A stretch of 64,000 nucleotides of DNA, taken from assembly GCF_041146345.1 (NCBI RefSeq), contig NW_027191404.1, forward strand, positions 1-64,000, in the 5' to 3' direction. The notes below the pieces were generated by a model, which saw only the letters and a list, made by a program, of their open reading frames with translations, was not told where the DNA came from and ran no database searches. A program made the position numbers and the translations under genes. This document shows, piece by piece, positions 60,466-64,000 of the stretch (position 1 is its first letter; each line of letters opens with the position of its first letter). Origin of the DNA: Neodothiora populina. Lineage: Eukaryota.

Positions 60466-60513
60466 ACGACGACGACGACGACGACAACAACAACAACAAC
60501 AACAACAACAACA
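60466..60513. repeat. Compound (ACG)n(ACA)n microsatellite upstream of the PLD gene
   Basis: acgacgacg.. changing to acaacaaca.. Confidence 0.9.
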
Positions 60514-60674
60514 GCAACGACACAAGGCAGCTGGTTCTGCCACTCGAGCACCCTTGACACTCAGACGTCGACGATCAGGCCCGACTGTACTTTTCTCTGG
60601 ATATCTTCATCGCTCTTACTATCAGAGAAGCAAGGCGCAAGTGTAGCAAGAACAAGAGAAAGAGAGACCGAGGG

Positions 60675-62748
60675 ATGGAATTGTTTGTGGAGAGACCCCG
60701 CGAACAGGTTTCAGCAAGAGACACGAGTCCAGACCGGAGTCCGCGCAATCTATCACCAACGACAGCGACCACCAGATCCAGATCCAAGTCCAGAGAAGAC
60801 CACAGAGACAAGACTCTGGCGACAGAGGCGAACGGAGGCTATGTCTTGCCTGCCTCACCCTTGCGAGCTGCCTTTACTCCTGACACGGCGGGAGATGACA
60901 CCTTGAGACCATCGACGGCGCCCGGTGGCGGTGAATTGGATGACGAGCACGTGTACGACAATGGACAGAACAGGAGTCAGGGTCAGCAGCAGCAGCAGAA
61001 TCAGAATCATCATCTTCACCATCCGAGACACCATCTGGTGCATCGTGTGCATCCTGGTCCCCCCAACCCCTCGGACTTCCATCTCGCCGCGTCGTCACAC
61101 GGCGATGCTGCTCCTTCTTCGTCTCTGTCTCCCTCACCCTCACCCTCACCCTCGCTACTCTCTGGCAGACCGAGGCCTCTCGCCCTGCGTCACGATTCGG
61201 ATCCGCAGATGTCCACACTGGCCCAGAGACGCGCCAACGCCGCCTCGTCGTCCGTACAGCCGACCGCCGCCGACGGCCAGCCACACATATCACTCGCCGA
61301 GCTGCAAGCCTCACTGGCATCGACGTTGCATCTGCCCGACGAGGCCGAAGAGACCACGGAAGCAGAGGGAGAAAGAGGCAGGAAAGGTTCCTTCTTCGGC
61401 AAGCTCAAGGCCAGCTTCACACCCACACACTCGCGTCAAGCCAGCGAGATGACGACAGCAGGAGGAGCCGCCGCCGCCGCCGCAGCAGCAGCAGCAGCAG
61501 CTGGACCAACAGCAACAGCAGGAGGTGCGGCGGCGGCAGGAACAGGATACACCACGCCAGTCATGACGCCCCATTCAGAGCTGGACGAGCCGCGCTACCC
61601 CACCTCCAACCTCGACGGAAGCGAGGCAGAGGCAGACGTCGACGACAGCGAACGAGACGACTCGACCCACGCCGCCACCGCCTCGGCCGCCGACCCGGCC
61701 AACAAACCCAAGAAGAGACGGAGGGGAAGAAAGAGAGCGGCTGGCACAGACGACGCTCCCTCCAGCGCACCCACAACCCCCAAGACGCCTCGCTTCCACT
61801 CGTTCATGAACCGCCACGAGCCTCGCGCCGACCACTACTTCAGTCCCATCAATGCCAGTCTCTCGTCGTCCATGGACCAGCGGCCCCCTGGCTTCCTTCC
61901 TCGCCGCTCCAACACGATGAGCGAGATCCCCGAACACGCAAGAGCTGGAGTGTCCGAGGACGAGGGCCGCGACAGGCTGGCCAAGAGCGCGTGGAGACGA
62001 GGACTGGACAACGCCAGGGGGTTGAGCTATGCGGCGCACAACAGCAGCAGCAGCGGCAACAAGCGACCCGGCGAGTCCGAGACGCCAGACACACGCAGAC
62101 CGGGGCTCAGTGGCATGCGCCGCATGACGGGCTTCGAGAGCGGCAACGGCAGCTCCCCCTGGAGGACACGCGGCGACCGACAGATGAGCGCCAGCGCGCA
62201 GAAGTGGCGCCAGGTCAAGGCGGGGCTGCAGATGCTGGGCCGGCGCGAGAAGAACAAGCGACAGACTGTGGACCACCAAAAGTCGGCCGAGCTCATGGCC
62301 GAACTGCTCGCCGGCTCGCCCGCCGCCATCTTCTTCGCCAGCATGTATCAGCGCGACGAGCACGGCCGCCGCAAGATCCCCGTCTTGCTCGAGCAGCTCA
62401 AGATCAACATCCCGACCAGCCACACGCGCGAGAGCAAGGGCGAGCGCCACACCGTCTTCACCATCAATCTCGAGTACGGCAACGGCCCGTCGCGCATGAC
62501 CTGGACCATCCACCGTTCGCTGCGTGACTTTGCCAATCTGCATCTCAAGTACAAGTTCCAGAGCCAGAGCGAGCGCTACAACCTGCTGAAGAGCGACGAC
62601 CGCTCGGGGCTCAAGATGCCGCGCTTCCCCAGGTCTGCTTTTCCCTACCTGAGAGGCGTGCGAGGACTCGGCGACGACGAGGGCGAGGACGACAATGATA
62701 ATGCCATTGCCGAAGTCAGCGGCCCGGAGGGAGAGGCCAGTGGTCCCG

Positions 62749-62779
<31 letters not shown>

Positions 62780-64000
62780 GCAACAACAACACCAGAGACC
62801 TGGCTTCAAGAAGACGAGACGGTCCTCGCTGGCACCTTCCAGGCGAAAGTCCAGCGGAAGTCACGTGGTGCCCGACAGTGCGGCAGGCGCGCTCACCAGA
62901 GCAGGCAGCATGGTCGGCGCCGTCAGTCTGGCGGCCAACAACCCGCGGGCCAAGGAGCTGTACACGGATCGACAACGCAAGAAGCTCGAGATTTATCTGC
63001 AGCAGATGATCAAATGGCTCATCTTCCGTCCCGATGCCAACAGACTCTGCAAGTTTCTCGAGCTGTCCGCCTTGGCCATGAGGCTCGCCGTCGAGGGAGG
63101 TTACCACGGGAAAGAAGGCCATCTGACCATAGTCTCCAAGCCCAAGATCGATCTCCGAAGACGGCCGACTGCTCCCTCGGCCAGCGCCTTCAAGCGTAAG
63201 CATGCTCCCAAGTGGTTTCTGGTTAGGCACAGTTATCTTGTCGCTGTCGACTCGCCCGAGTCGCTCGTGCCGCAGGAGTGTTTTCTCGTCGACGCCGATT
63301 TCTCCACCGAGCGCAAGAAAAAGGACATGCGTGATCAGAGCGGCAAGGAGATGGCTAGAAGCGCCGCCGCCACCGCTCAGCCCAAGCATCACATGTTGAA
63401 GCTGTACAACTCGGAGCGAAAGCTCAAGTGTCTGGCCAAGAACGAGCGTCAGCTGCTGCAGTTCAAAGAGTCCATCGAGATCATGCAAAAGAACACGATA
63501 TGGTCTCAGAACCACCGCTTCGACAGCTTCGCCCCTGTGCGCAAGAACGTCTTTGCCCGCTGGCTGGTCGACGGCCGAGACCACATGTGGCAAGTCTCGC
63601 GCGCCATCGACAACGCCCGCAGCTTCGTCTATATCCACGATTGGTGGCTGAGTCCGGAGCTGTACATGAGACGACCCGCCGCCATCAGTCAGAAATGGCG
63701 TCTCGATCGGCTTCTGCTACGAAAGGCACAAGAGGGAGTCAAGATTTTTGTCATTGTCTACCGCAACATCGAGTCTGCCATTCCCATCGACTCCGAGTAC
63801 ACAAAAGCCGCCCTGCTCGACCTGCATCCCAACATCTGCGTGCAGAGATCTCCCAACCAGTTCCGACAGAACCAGTTCTTCTGGGCCCATCACGAGAAGC
63901 TCGTCGTCGTCGACAACGCCATGGCATTTGTCGGCGGCATAGACTTGTGCTTTGGCAGATGGGACGACCCGAACCACTCCGTCACTGATGACAAGCTCAC
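60675..64000 (+). CDS. SPO14: Phospholipase D1 (Spo14-like), 3'-incomplete
   Basis: Open frame from ATG 60675 to the window end (absent from the ORF track because it has no stop in the window). FASMYQRDEHGRRKIPVLLEQL, PX-like region, WLVDGRDHMW, IHDWWLSPELYMRRP, first HKD motif WAHHEKLVVVD..GGIDLCFGRWD. True start codon uncertain. Confidence 0.95.

Noticed and set aside
61575..63638. 687-aa minus-strand ORF
   Set aside because: Antisense to phospholipase D, whose plus-strand frame carries the HKD and other conserved motifs.
1..64000. CRISPR array or prokaryotic operon/defence system
   Set aside because: The sequence is eukaryotic (telomere, spliceosomal introns); no repeat-spacer array was seen.

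Overview
Left end of a filamentous ascomycete (Pezizomycotina-type) chromosome: (CCCTAA)n telomere at 1-73, short GT-AG introns with CTRAC/CTAAY branch sites, and a dispersed 5S rRNA gene. Three zones are visible. (1) About 74-3440 is a TpA-rich, RIP-like relic zone. It holds a 3-exon Zn(II)2Cys6-like gene whose last exon runs without a stop codon into the telomere repeats, a possible OTT_1508-like deaminase relic and a further decayed ORF. (2) About 3.3-19.2 kb is an accessory zone: truncated ABCB transporter, XIP aquaporin, 713-aa orphan, FAD oxidoreductase, broken class III aminotransferase, BTB protein and beta-lactamase-family hydrolase. (3) From about 20 kb, core genes (SPT6, STE7-type MAPKK, WrbA-like quinone reductase, RNase T2, C1-THF synthase, eIF3i, phosphoglycerate-mutase-like protein, alcohol dehydrogenase, phospholipase D running off the window end) are interspersed with a GT61, an SMP-30 lactonase, a C2H2+Zn2Cys6 transcription factor, two intron-containing tRNAs and microsatellites. 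All gene models were assembled by eye from splice signals and remembered protein motifs; no database search was run. The most unusual element is the telomere-fused Cys6 gene at 74-938.
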